Virus record (IMG/VR): IMGVR_UViG_3300033148_007826
DNA length: 64,000 bases
Strand: one strand, 5' to 3'
DNA from: an uncultured virus (IMG/VR IMGVR_UViG_3300033148_007826)
Taxonomy: Duplodnaviria > Heunggongvirae > Uroviricota > Caudoviricetes
In this document: in pieces, positions 1 through 9,819 of the stretch
Layout: the number at the start of each line of letters is the position of its first letter
Numbering within the stretch: the first letter of the stretch is position 1
Notes under the pieces: model-generated
Told to the model about the DNA's origin: nothing
Databases searched by the model: none
The model's input: the letters and a program-made list of their open reading frames with translations, nothing else
Made by a program: the position numbers and the translations under genes

Positions 1-1495
1 TAACTGATGTTGCCTTTGCAGAAATAACTATTATCGAGTAGTTAGATAGGTCTTGGGCGTTTTGGGTGAATGAATTATCGTCTAAAATATCCACATTATC
101 GAAGCTATTGTTAAGTATGCCCCAAAAGCACATCTCGAAGTCGGCATCTATCCCCGCTGGATTATTGACTATGAATGCTGCATCACCTGAAGTGCCCTCA
201 CCTCTTGTAATTGCATCTATAGTCGGCTCCCAAGTAGTGATTTCCCCGTATCCTAAATATCCTGCATACTCGATTGATGATAATGTGCCATTTGATTCGA
301 ACAGTATTTTGTATGGGGACATTTTGATATATCCGAAATCTTGACTGGTCGGGATGAGTTCGTTCTCTTGTATTATGTACTGGTATTCCCCATGTGTTCC
401 TGATATATTGATTGTTTGATAATTATATGTTGGCGTATATTTGTAGGTTGGTAATTGTGTGGGAGTTGATACTGTCTCGCTCTGAACTGGCCTCTTCGAT
501 GAACTTATTGGTTCGGCCTGTTTCTCATCATAAGACACTTTATCAGCTTCGATTGTCGTTGATTCTGGGATAAGTCCAACCCTATATGAGCCGCCTTGAA
601 TATCAAGAGAGTGAAAGATTCCAGATGCCTGTATTTTCAGTGGTAGCACCATGTCTCCTGTCTTTTCACCAATTTCCAGAAATGAATCTTTCTGATAGTC
701 TGCCCATATTGATTCTGAGAAAGATGAGATTTCATTCTGATAATGGGCATCGTTTCTCACTTCAATCACAGTGAATAGGGCCTTCATCTCATTCATTTCG
801 TAGTGGTAAGGATACAAGTCTGTTGGATTTAATAGAGTTACCTGCTTTCCTTTTATCAATTTTGAATTGTCTTCGCCAAATTCGTTAATATGGTCTGGGT
901 TCCCGTGGTCACCCCAACCACCCCAGTCGTAACTATCCGATGAATGAGTATAGACCCGTGGAGAATAGAGGGTTTGTTCGCTGGTGGCTATCTCTATCAT
1001 ATTGGAGGCGTTGATGGGGGCTATCCTGTATGGTGTGGGGTAATCTGGAATCTCCAAGAAGATTCGGACCCCCGCCCGTCCAATGTATTTGGATTCGTTC
1101 ATTTCCACGATGATGGCGATATACTTGTCATTGAAATATATGCCTACCTCGCCATCGTCTGAATATAGGGCGTTGTTGTATGCTTCCTTGTGGTAGTCCA
1201 CATTAGATGGTTCCACCTTAATTATTGAGATTGGAATGATGAGTACGCCAATAAGTAAAATACAGGCCGTTATTGCAGTGATGAGAATAGGGGCCAATGG
1301 TTTCTTCTCTACAAAGCGTTGTGACATTCTGGTGCTATTACCGTTGGTAAGTCCATTTCCGTTCGTCAAGCCATTGCCATTGGTAAGCCCGTTGCCGTTT
1401 GTGAGGCCAGATTTGGGCGATAATGATGGTGTGCTTCCGAGGCCGTTTGTCAGACCCCCGACCCCCCGCAAGCCCGTTTTACTGTCCCCCCTCAT
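1..1495 (-). CDS. Membrane-anchored protein with N-terminal GLTNGN repeats, runs off left edge (partial)
   Basis: Not in ORF track; read manually from ATG 1495 (ATGA overlap with upstream stop): MRGDSKTG...(GLTNGN)x4...then hydrophobic TM segment; frame checked open at both ends of the span. Confidence 0.8.
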   Translation of the reverse strand, partial: MRGDSKTGLRGVGGLTNGLGSTPSLSPKSGLTNGNGLTNGNGLTNGNGLTNGNSTRMSQRFVEKKPLAPILITAITACILLIGVLIIPISIIKVEPSNVDYHKEAYNNALYSDDGEVGIYFNDKYIAIIVEMNESKYIGRAGVRIFLEIPDYPTPYRIAPINASNMIEIATSEQTLYSPRVYTHSSDSYDWGGWGDHGNPDHINEFGEDNSKLIKGKQVTLLNPTDLYPYHYEMNEMKALFTVIEVRNDAHYQNEISSFSESIWADYQKDSFLEIGEKTGDMVLPLKIQASGIFHSLDIQGGSYRVGLIPESTTIEADKVSYDEKQAEPISSSKRPVQSETVSTPTQLPTYKYTPTYNYQTINISGTHGEYQYIIQENELIPTSQDFGYIKMSPYKILFESNGTLSSIEYAGYLGYGEITTWEPTIDAITRGEGTSGDAAFIVNNPAGIDADFEMCFWGILNNSFDNVDILDDNSFTQNAQDLSNYSIIVISAKATSV

Positions 1496-2535
1496 GAACA
1501 GGATACCTCCATCTCATCGTCTACGAAGACGTAATAGCCAATTCCTGGGACGAACTGAGTTTCTACTGTATCCAGTCCGGGGGCATATACACGGGTCTTG
1601 TAATGGTCTACCCCTATCCTTTCTGTTACTGTGTGTGGAATGCCGCCGAGGACATCCGTATTGGTACAGGGCGTTGGTAGGCCCATCAGGTTGACACCTT
1701 CGTTGAGTTCCACGCTTAGATGCGGGGTAGATAGGATGGCCGATATTGAGGTTCCAGTGTATGAATATAGATGAAAGCCTTCTCCTGGCTGAATCTTATA
1801 CGAATAATCGTCCCTGACCTTGACAAATGTGCGATATGAGTCCTCAGTGCCGTTTTCCCTGCGAACTGTAATTGAGGAAACTCCATATTGTTCCAGTAAA
1901 TCCACCACAGGGATTGGACTCCCACCTGGATTAGATAGGAGATTCGAGCCTTTCTGGACGTTCCATGTGTGCCGGAATGTGCTTACCACTGACCTGTCCC
2001 CATAAAAGTATATCTTTACGATATGGGAGCCCGATGAGATGTTGGTAGTGAACTGTCCTGGCCCTGACGCCCACCAATTCGGGTATATCTGGTCATCCAC
2101 GGTTATCTTGGTCGGCGTGACATTGGAGTTGATGAACGTCAGGTTGAGTTCTGGACTACCAGTGATGTCGAGGTGGACCGTGTAGACGAACTGCTTCTGT
2201 ATTTCGGTCAGGAACCATACGAATGTGCCTGGAATGTCAATTACCTCGTTCTGGTGGTCATCGTATAGGTCTTCGACATCGACAACGAGCCTTTCTATAT
2301 TGAACGTGCTCACGTTATACTCGTAGTTGGTTGACCATGACATATTCATCAGGCCGTAATATGAATTGTTGAACCTCTGTATGTTGTAACTGTCCGTGAC
2401 ACCGTTCGAGGTGAATACGTCGTTTCTTTCACGCCATTCGAGAGGACCGAACGATTCTGTCGCCCATACCGCTGATACGCTGATTATAATGAGAACTGAC
2501 ACTATACCCAGTGTTATCAGCTTCTTGAGGTTCAT
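1492..2535 (-). CDS. Secreted surface protein with C-terminal LxxGxNL repeat domain
   Basis: Signal peptide; VQKGSNLLSNP and LNEGVNLMGLP repeats; class A promoter at 2559-2581. Confidence 0.8.
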   Translation of the reverse strand: MNLKKLITLGIVSVLIIISVSAVWATESFGPLEWRERNDVFTSNGVTDSYNIQRFNNSYYGLMNMSWSTNYEYNVSTFNIERLVVDVEDLYDDHQNEVIDIPGTFVWFLTEIQKQFVYTVHLDITGSPELNLTFINSNVTPTKITVDDQIYPNWWASGPGQFTTNISSGSHIVKIYFYGDRSVVSTFRHTWNVQKGSNLLSNPGGSPIPVVDLLEQYGVSSITVRRENGTEDSYRTFVKVRDDYSYKIQPGEGFHLYSYTGTSISAILSTPHLSVELNEGVNLMGLPTPCTNTDVLGGIPHTVTERIGVDHYKTRVYAPGLDTVETQFVPGIGYYVFVDDEMEVSCS

Positions 2536-2591
2536 CGTGACGTAAAAGTGGCTTCCTTATATATATACATTTGTAACCAATCACTATGCAT

Positions 2592-2924
2592 CTATTCACA
2601 AGATGTCTTCATCTTCTTGAGGAAATCGGCGAGTTCTCCCTCTGGAACATTACCTTCTAGCGGCAGGTCGGTAATTGTTCCATCGCCGCAGACAGGATAT
2701 ACCGATGGATATGCAGAGAAATCCTTTGCCATTGCCTCGCCTGCCTTTCCGAACTTCCCGACAAGCTCCTTCTCGATTTGCCTCATGGATTTCCCTGATG
2801 TATCTATGATTTCCACGTTTTCCCCCTTTTTTATAGCTTCTTCAAGCTTCGGGTGAAAATCCTGACAATGCCCGCATCCGTTCATGTTGATAATTGCAAC
2901 AGCCGTGGCTTTCTTTCTTGCCAT
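2592..2924 (-). CDS. Thioredoxin-fold protein (CGHC active site)
   Basis: MNGCGHCQDF and cis-Pro-like AYPSVY; start moved to MARKK after GAGGTGG RBS. Confidence 0.7.
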   Translation of the reverse strand: MARKKATAVAIINMNGCGHCQDFHPKLEEAIKKGENVEIIDTSGKSMRQIEKELVGKFGKAGEAMAKDFSAYPSVYPVCGDGTITDLPLEGNVPEGELADFLKKMKTSCE

Positions 2925-2934
2925 CGTAACCACC

Positions 2935-3438
2935 TCATTTCCTTCTGCCTCTAGGCTTCCTTCTCCGCCCCTTTCTCTTTGAATATGACTCGGCTTGACC
3001 GATGATGTCGGATAATGCGAATCCCAGGTCATCCGTTACCTTGCCGACACCTCCGAAGTCTTTGGCCTTTGTCTTGACATCAAAGAAGTTGGTCTTCTGG
3101 ACCTTCTCCCAGAATTTCGGGTCGTTGAGGTCGTCTGCCGTGATTGTTGGGTTGACCCTAACTTTTCTCCCCTTTTTTACTTCAAGGTCACCTTCCAGCC
3201 AGAGTTCGAGAACCTTGTTATCACGACTTGCAGAGAAGATAGCCCCATGCTTTCCGGCGAGAAGTGCGGGGTCTTGCTTCCTGAAGTCGAGTTCGTTGAT
3301 GTGAATCCTGAAACCGAGGGACTGAATCTTTTGAACGAATTCTGCCTCTGTTAAACACTGATTATCAATGATGATTCCGCCATCTCGTTTACAGGCGATT
3401 ATTTCGGCTGGACGCTTGATTTGACGGCTCTTAACCAT
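2935..3438 (-). CDS. Hypothetical protein with basic C-terminal tail
   Basis: Start MVKSRQ after GGAGA RBS and class A promoter 3465-3485. Confidence 0.7.
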   Translation of the reverse strand: MVKSRQIKRPAEIIACKRDGGIIIDNQCLTEAEFVQKIQSLGFRIHINELDFRKQDPALLAGKHGAIFSASRDNKVLELWLEGDLEVKKGRKVRVNPTITADDLNDPKFWEKVQKTNFFDVKTKAKDFGGVGKVTDDLGFALSDIIGQAESYSKRKGRRRKPRGRRK

Positions 3439-3481
3439 TGTATCTCCTGAATGGGCGTAGTTCGTATAAATAGTTTTGTAA

Positions 3482-4447
3482 TCAACCTTGGATGGATGTC
3501 TGTAGCAACTTGTTCCATACGTCCTTCCAATCTGAATCCGGCATGGAGGGCTTAGGACATTTCTCATCCATCTCGTCATCTATGAATACGGAATCCCCAC
3601 CTGGGAACTTCCATTCCCCGCCTTTGTAATATTGATATGATTTTCCCTTATAGAAAAAGTCTCCATCTGATGTGATGTCGCTCCAATTTTCTCCAGTTGG
3701 AAGGTCGAACTCGTGTCCCTCTGTAATGTTTCCAAATTTGCTTTTGGTGTATCTCATCATCTTGCAGCCGCTATCCTCAGCATATATTATATCGAGATAC
3801 AGCCTATCCTCAAACGTCCCCTTGAATGAGGCGTATCCAAGCATATTGTCCACAATGTCTCCGAGCTTGACCATGTTGATGTTGACTTGTTCACTTCCGC
3901 CCAGCAGGTCTGTAAGTTCAAATGAATTTGCCATGAGTGCAAAATGTATTTTCTTTATGGGCGGTTTCTTTGCCTTTTTCTTGATGCCGGGGGCATCGAC
4001 TTCCTCCTCTATTTCCTTGAGGATGTCCTTCGACTTAGCCTTGGGCTTTTTAACGCCGGAACAATGCTTTTTGATGAGATTTGCAAGCTGTACCTTTTTA
4101 TTGGAAAACATATCATGCCACTGGTTTTGCTTGTATCCATATTCGAATGGTGTCTTGAGCCATAAGATGTCGTTAGCAGCTTCATTGATTTCTTTATGGA
4201 GTCCAGTTGCTTTAAGATACTCATTGAAATCAATCACATCTACAAGTTGAATCATGTCCTTATTGAATCCGCTGGTATCTATGGTCTTCACGACAATTCG
4301 TGCAGTACATAATTTGGTATCAGGATTGGATTCCAATAGTACCTTGATATGGAGCTGTGAATCCCCCATTGATTGGACGAATTCGTTCCCTGCGATAATC
4401 TTGTCAAAATCTATTGATTCCTCAAGTTCTTTGAGTGCGAACGGCAT
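3482..4447 (-). CDS. Hypothetical protein, probable paralog of 4892-6436
   Basis: Long ORF; C-terminus DWKDVWNKLL resembles DWKTVWKDMYEKLL. Confidence 0.75.
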   Translation of the reverse strand: MPFALKELEESIDFDKIIAGNEFVQSMGDSQLHIKVLLESNPDTKLCTARIVVKTIDTSGFNKDMIQLVDVIDFNEYLKATGLHKEINEAANDILWLKTPFEYGYKQNQWHDMFSNKKVQLANLIKKHCSGVKKPKAKSKDILKEIEEEVDAPGIKKKAKKPPIKKIHFALMANSFELTDLLGGSEQVNINMVKLGDIVDNMLGYASFKGTFEDRLYLDIIYAEDSGCKMMRYTKSKFGNITEGHEFDLPTGENWSDITSDGDFFYKGKSYQYYKGGEWKFPGGDSVFIDDEMDEKCPKPSMPDSDWKDVWNKLLQTSIQG

Positions 4448-4890
4448 TATATTAGCCCCCATATTAGTACGAGGAGGACTCCTATGATACTAACCGAAAG
4501 CACGAGCCAGGGCCATATCCTTGCCGGGGGTTTCGCTCCTTTCTCATAGATGCATAGGCCCATTCCATTCCGGGTCCGGCAAACCTTCAAACCCTTATCC
4601 TTGTAGTATTGCTCATAGCGGTCTGCCTGTTTCTCACTGGAATACATCTTACATGATATACCCTCTCTGAATTCGAGCTTGACGTTTGCCTTAGTTCCAT
4701 CGGGTGTATATAGAAGTTTTTTGTTGCCACCGACAATCCAACCATGTGGACATTGAGCGACTTTGGTTCCAGGTTCTACCTCGATGCCTTTCTTATCCTT
4801 CAGCTCCTTGCATTCTTCTGGAGTGATGCATCTAGTGTCAACGACTGATACTCCGGGGTATGGTCCTGTATGAGTCCGCTTTAATCCCAT
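4447..4890 (-). CDS. Cys-containing protein with C-terminal membrane anchor
   Basis: Start MGLKRT after GGAGG; C-terminal hydrophobic helix. Confidence 0.7.
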   Translation of the reverse strand: MGLKRTHTGPYPGVSVVDTRCITPEECKELKDKKGIEVEPGTKVAQCPHGWIVGGNKKLLYTPDGTKANVKLEFREGISCKMYSSEKQADRYEQYYKDKGLKVCRTRNGMGLCIYEKGAKPPARIWPWLVLSVSIIGVLLVLIWGLI

Positions 4891-4891
4891 T

Positions 4892-6436
4892 TCATTCCTC
4901 CAGAAGCTTTTCGTACATATCCTTCCAGACAGTCTTCCAGTCCTGTTTCTCGGCGGTGTCGGGTAGAACTCCGCAGTGGTCGGAGAGCATCTGGAGAAGG
5001 TTTTTCTCATCGCCTTCAGTTGTCTTCCAGCCAGTGTTTATAATTCCGTTTTGATTTATGCTCCAATAATCACCATGGGTGCTGATGGGTGGGGAGAATT
5101 CGATAAAGTCGGATGCCTTCTTCCCTTTTGGAATGATGATTGATTGCTTGTCAATGTCTTTGACTTCGCCTGATTCGATGCCTTTGTTGAACCTGTGAAT
5201 CTTACATTGGCCTGCCATATCCTTGTATAGCAGGAAACCGAATAGATTCTTCTCTGATGGGGACTCGGCAGTTGCCCATCCAATGAGGTCTTTCTGGAAA
5301 TCTTGAACCACCCCCTTCCACTCCATACCAGATGAAAACCCGATTTCGGTCCAGTGGAAGGTTGGTTCACATTGCTCCTCTATCATTTCGAGGACTTTAT
5401 CAGTTTGAATAGGGTTCCCCTTATCATCATAATACAGTTTGGCGATTAATGCTTGGACCAGACCAACTTCCGTCAGTGGGTCTTTGATTGGGAACTTGCC
5501 ATTCTGGATTGCATAGATGAGTGATAGGTCCACGCCGTCCACAAAGGTCTTATCATCCAGGGATGTTATCTCCCCAGTTGTAGTATTCTTGATTAATCTT
5601 GTGAGAGTGCATTTATCCAGATAATTCTTGCGGATAATCGTACCGACAATCTTCTTCTCCTTTTTGATTTTGTGAGTGCCAAAAGCGATGATGTCAGGTT
5701 TAATCTCAAGCACTTCGTCAACTAAAAACTTGTGCTTCTCCTTGGGTTCATCTAGGGTGGGTTTGGTAACAAGCCAATCATGATTCCAACTAAATATATC
5801 TTCTTCAACTGTAATCTCATCATCCTCAATACCTGTTACTGTGAGGATAGTTTCAGCTTTGGGTAATAGGAAAGTGTTGATATTTTCTTCTTTGAGTTCC
5901 TCAAGTGACTTTACCTTAACCTTATCCCCAACCTTGAGTTTGCTCATGTCAGTGACATATCCTGGTTCAGTGAACAGTGAACCGAGCCCTTCCATCGCTT
6001 CCTTTTCCTCTTTATTTTTCCCAGCCTTTTTCGAAACCTTGCAGTTCTGCTTGAGGAACGCAGAGAGCTTGAGCTTTTCGCCTTCTTTGTCCTTCCATTT
6101 GGTATTCTTGATGCCCGCACTGGGTCCGAATAGTCCACCATGGAAGCTGGCGACATCGTGTTCCTTCATAAAATCTGATACGTCCTTGACCTTTGGATTG
6201 GTTGTTGGTAGATTTATACCACCGATTGAGGATGTGAAATCGTCTGGACCAATGCCTGTTTTCAGTGTTCTTTTGAACAGTTCCAGTTGACAGTTATCTA
6301 TCCCCGGCTCCTTGAATATTACACCAAGCCAGTAATAATTGTTGTCTTCATAAGAGTATCCTGTGAATTGATGTGCCAACACTTCAGCTCCGGCTGGGAG
6401 AACTCCGACTATATCCTCTACTTCAAGCTGAGGCAT
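4892..6436 (-). CDS. Hypothetical protein with internally repeated domain
   Basis: 514-aa ORF, class A promoter at 6466-6489. Confidence 0.8.
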   Translation of the reverse strand: MPQLEVEDIVGVLPAGAEVLAHQFTGYSYEDNNYYWLGVIFKEPGIDNCQLELFKRTLKTGIGPDDFTSSIGGINLPTTNPKVKDVSDFMKEHDVASFHGGLFGPSAGIKNTKWKDKEGEKLKLSAFLKQNCKVSKKAGKNKEEKEAMEGLGSLFTEPGYVTDMSKLKVGDKVKVKSLEELKEENINTFLLPKAETILTVTGIEDDEITVEEDIFSWNHDWLVTKPTLDEPKEKHKFLVDEVLEIKPDIIAFGTHKIKKEKKIVGTIIRKNYLDKCTLTRLIKNTTTGEITSLDDKTFVDGVDLSLIYAIQNGKFPIKDPLTEVGLVQALIAKLYYDDKGNPIQTDKVLEMIEEQCEPTFHWTEIGFSSGMEWKGVVQDFQKDLIGWATAESPSEKNLFGFLLYKDMAGQCKIHRFNKGIESGEVKDIDKQSIIIPKGKKASDFIEFSPPISTHGDYWSINQNGIINTGWKTTEGDEKNLLQMLSDHCGVLPDTAEKQDWKTVWKDMYEKLLEE

Positions 6437-6625
6437 CTTGATTCCAGCCCAAAATATGCTTAGTTTATATATATACGTTTGTAATCAATTCCGATGGCGA
6501 TTAAGTTGTTGGTTCCACTTCTTGCGCTCATCTGACTTCGAATGGTTTTTAATCCTTCCGAGCAATGCTTGTTCTTCCTGAGTGAGTCCGCTCTCCATAT
6601 TGAATCCCTCTGTAAATTCATCCGT

Positions 6626-7777
6626 CTATGATTCTTCAGGTTTCTTCGTTTTCATAGATGCATAGGCGAAGATGACAACGATGACGATTACTGCAAAGAC
6701 GGCGATTCCGATGATGTACCATGGAGAGTATCCCAATGTCGGCGTTGCAGCACGAGACTCCACGGTTCCCCCCGTACCTGTACCGAGAGAGGAGAACTTG
6801 AAGACCCAACTGCTGTCCCCTGCCGGAGTGCTGATGACCGTATCAATCGTCCGTATGGTATCCTTTTTGAATACCAGACCTGTTTCCCCATATGCCTCGA
6901 CATGGACCTCATATGAGATGTCCGTTCTGACCTGATACAGCTCGATTTCGCCGTTCTCATCGGTGAGCCGTTGGTACTCCGCCCTCGGAACCGTACTTGT
7001 CTGCTCGACGAGGCTGACGACGGCCCCGGAGATTGTAGCACCGTCGGGGTCTTGAACGACCATCGTGATGTTGCCCATGGTCGGTGGAATTACCTTTGGA
7101 GCGTTGGTTGGTATCAGCGTGTAGGTATACGCATCCTCGTAACGATATGAGCCGCTTGTGGACCATTTAATGGTATGATATGCCGACTCCGCCGGGTAGT
7201 CCTTGGTATTCATGAGGTCGAAGCCTATCTGGAACTGGATTTCTATCGGGTTGGTGTATCCATACGATTCATTATGTAATCTCAGATATTCAGAGGTTAT
7301 AGTCAGGGATTCCAAGCCGCCAACCTTTTGTCTCCACACATTGGATTGTGTTGTTGTGCGGGTAAAGGTCATCTTATCTGCGAGTTTGGCATTGTACCAT
7401 CGTAATGAGAAGGTCGTCCATTGCGTGAGCCCTATGCTCCCCTGAGCGTTACCGGAGGATGCATCGAAGAATAGAACGCCACCTTCCACGGGTATCGTAG
7501 CCTCTGTCCAGGTATCTGAGTCGGAGTTATAGTCAACTACGCCTCCGAAAACGCTTGATTCTCCCTCTACCGTAGTGCCTCCACCATCATCTCCACCGCC
7601 TCCCTCTGTCGGTGGGAAACTATCGGAATCGAAAGGGTCGGTCCCAGCCTGGAGTTCTTCGGAGTTGGTGAACCCGTCCCCATCCTGGTCCCTTACATCC
7701 TCGCTGGTGCATCCAGTTACGGCAACGGCCAATAGAAGACACAGTGCGAGTCCGGCGAATAGCTTCAGTTTCACCAT
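6626..7777 (-). CDS. Lipoprotein-like surface protein (DxDGDG Ca-binding repeat, carboxypeptidase-regulatory-like domain, C-terminal TM)
   Basis: AVTGC lipobox; DQDGDGFTNSEELQAGTDP; VQDPDGATISGAVV; TM plus basic tail. Confidence 0.75.
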   Translation of the reverse strand: MVKLKLFAGLALCLLLAVAVTGCTSEDVRDQDGDGFTNSEELQAGTDPFDSDSFPPTEGGGGDDGGGTTVEGESSVFGGVVDYNSDSDTWTEATIPVEGGVLFFDASSGNAQGSIGLTQWTTFSLRWYNAKLADKMTFTRTTTQSNVWRQKVGGLESLTITSEYLRLHNESYGYTNPIEIQFQIGFDLMNTKDYPAESAYHTIKWSTSGSYRYEDAYTYTLIPTNAPKVIPPTMGNITMVVQDPDGATISGAVVSLVEQTSTVPRAEYQRLTDENGEIELYQVRTDISYEVHVEAYGETGLVFKKDTIRTIDTVISTPAGDSSWVFKFSSLGTGTGGTVESRAATPTLGYSPWYIIGIAVFAVIVIVVIFAYASMKTKKPEES

Positions 7778-8913
7778 TCTGAATCACTCCCTGAGAGTGA
7801 CCCGGAGAAGATGTTCGTGCTTCCCGTATCCGCCCCTCTGTCGGTTTCGACCTCACCACCATATATCCAAGTGGTCTTGGCGAGTAATTGAGCTTCGGTG
7901 TTGAGCAAGTCAACCTTGTCCTCAGTTTGGTCGTAGGCTACCCCCGTTGAAATTGTTCTGAAGAACTGGACCACCTTCACTATCGCCGTGATAATGAGGG
8001 CGATTGCCGTCTGCGCCAAGCCTGCTATCCCGTAAGGGACTTTGCTGGCAACGATGTCTTTGATGTCACTGTATGTAAGGGGCGTCCCAAGAATGGTTTC
8101 GACCTGGACGTATGAGCCTGTAGCCGCCACGCTGATGAGATGCTGTCCTAATACTTTGAACGGGGTGAAGACGTAGACAGTTATCACATCCGTCGTGTTG
8201 ACCTCTTCTGAGGATTTGGCTGGGTCGAATGGGAGTGGAATCGGGACTGGTATTTGGATGTCCCTGGAGAAGAATGTCTTTCCCGTGATTGCTCCCTTTG
8301 CGGTGATGGTGAATTGCAGTGTTGGCGTTGCTATGGATTTCTCGGCCACGAGTGCGTGTACCTTCTCCTCTACCCGTGCATATGCACGGCTTCCATCGAC
8401 AGGGGGCATCACGAGTCCACGGCTTCTCTGTTCCTTGTACTCTGCATCTCTTGTGGTGTCGAACAATATTTGACTTCCGCTGAGAAGGCCGTCCTTGGTA
8501 TCCATGAGCTTTGCGCCTTTGAAAATGCTTCCGTTTCCGAATCCCTGATTGTTGCCTAGCTGTCCGGGTGACCGGATTACACCATCTTCGAGAATGTTCG
8601 GACTCAGTATCCTCTTCAACAGAGGTTTTTCAATGTCCTGGTTATTGTCGTCCACACCGCCAATAGGTTCCAGCGTTACGTTGTAATTCCCCACCTTGTA
8701 GTTTGTCGTTGATGATAATGAGCCGTCGCTCGGTGCATGGCTGGTAGACCATTGGCCGCCGACGATGCTGAGTCTGCATCTTACCTTCGTTGAAAAGAAT
8801 CCCTCATCGGTCCCAGTGCCATCCCCCTCATCGCCAAAGCTGATACAGCCCGTTGCTGATGTGGCAATTAATATCACGATGCACAATACTGCGATTATCT
8901 TCCATCTTTTCAA
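7771..8913 (-). CDS. Lipoprotein-like membrane protein
   Basis: SATGC lipobox; TTG start after GGTGATACC; internal TM. Confidence 0.75.
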   Translation of the reverse strand: MKRWKIIAVLCIVILIATSATGCISFGDEGDGTGTDEGFFSTKVRCRLSIVGGQWSTSHAPSDGSLSSTTNYKVGNYNVTLEPIGGVDDNNQDIEKPLLKRILSPNILEDGVIRSPGQLGNNQGFGNGSIFKGAKLMDTKDGLLSGSQILFDTTRDAEYKEQRSRGLVMPPVDGSRAYARVEEKVHALVAEKSIATPTLQFTITAKGAITGKTFFSRDIQIPVPIPLPFDPAKSSEEVNTTDVITVYVFTPFKVLGQHLISVAATGSYVQVETILGTPLTYSDIKDIVASKVPYGIAGLAQTAIALIITAIVKVVQFFRTISTGVAYDQTEDKVDLLNTEAQLLAKTTWIYGGEVETDRGADTGSTNIFSGSLSGSDSEW

Positions 8914-8974
8914 GGTATCACCCCTGTTGGTAGAGATTCCGGCGAATGTGAAGTCCCGAACCTTTCAGCCCTAT

Positions 8975-9391
8975 CTATCCCTCCGCCGCTACTTTTCCCG
9001 ATAACTCCTTCAGCTTTGCAAGACGGTCTTTCTTGGTCGCCAATTCCTTCTCTTCACTTTCAATCTCGGTTTCCATCTGTGCAAGCTCTTGGTCGGGCAC
9101 ACCGTTGAGAATTTGCGTTAGCTTGTTCTTCTTGGCGTGTACGTTCTTGAGATGGGTTTGTGCTACAGAGGCGGATTGGGCACTGCACACGATGAGGTCG
9201 TCCGAATGAGGAAGTCCCGGCTGCGACTCTAACCGGGCTTTCTGCATGGACATACACTTGTCCGCCTGCTTGTTCGCATCGTGGTATAGTTCCATCTCGT
9301 CGCTGATTTCTAACTTCAGGGCCATGACCTGCTTTGCTACGTCTGGAGGTAGGTCTGTTGGAAGTCCTGTTTTCTTCTTAAAGAATCCCAT
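8975..9391 (-). CDS. Coiled-coil hypothetical protein
   Basis: Start MGFFKKK after GGAGGTGGTGA and TATA box at about 9423-9435. Confidence 0.7.
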   Translation of the reverse strand: MGFFKKKTGLPTDLPPDVAKQVMALKLEISDEMELYHDANKQADKCMSMQKARLESQPGLPHSDDLIVCSAQSASVAQTHLKNVHAKKNKLTQILNGVPDQELAQMETEIESEEKELATKKDRLAKLKELSGKVAAEG

Positions 9392-9441
9392 GGGTTCACC
9401 ACCTCCTTGATTGATTGCGCCCTTTATATATATATCGGCGA

Positions 9442-9762
9442 TTAGCCGACCAGGGCCCCATAGATGCCTCCGATTATTATTGCTCCCATCGTCCCGTGAA
9501 GTACGCCTTGGATGAGGTATCTCAATGCCCCACACATCTTTGAGATGGTCAGAGATATTACACCGAGAATGATAAGTAGAGCCCCTGCTCCAATGGCCTT
9601 TGTCTCAGGCGAATTGAACAGGTTCGTTACAAATACGAGTGCATCTGTTGAAGTGGATAGTATCGTAGCTATCAGCATTAATCCTAAGAATGCTCCCAGG
9701 ACCGCCCCGATAACGTAAAGGGCTATCTTCATCGGCTTTGGTACTACCATGTCACCCGGCAT
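9442..9762 (-). CDS. Small three-TM membrane protein
   Basis: Three hydrophobic helices; GGAGG RBS. Confidence 0.7.
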   Translation of the reverse strand: MPGDMVVPKPMKIALYVIGAVLGAFLGLMLIATILSTSTDALVFVTNLFNSPETKAIGAGALLIILGVISLTISKMCGALRYLIQGVLHGTMGAIIIGGIYGALVG

Positions 9763-9819
9763 ATGGATTCCTCCTGATACCTCGTTTGAAGTTCAGGTTC
9801 TTGCGGTTGAATGTAATGA

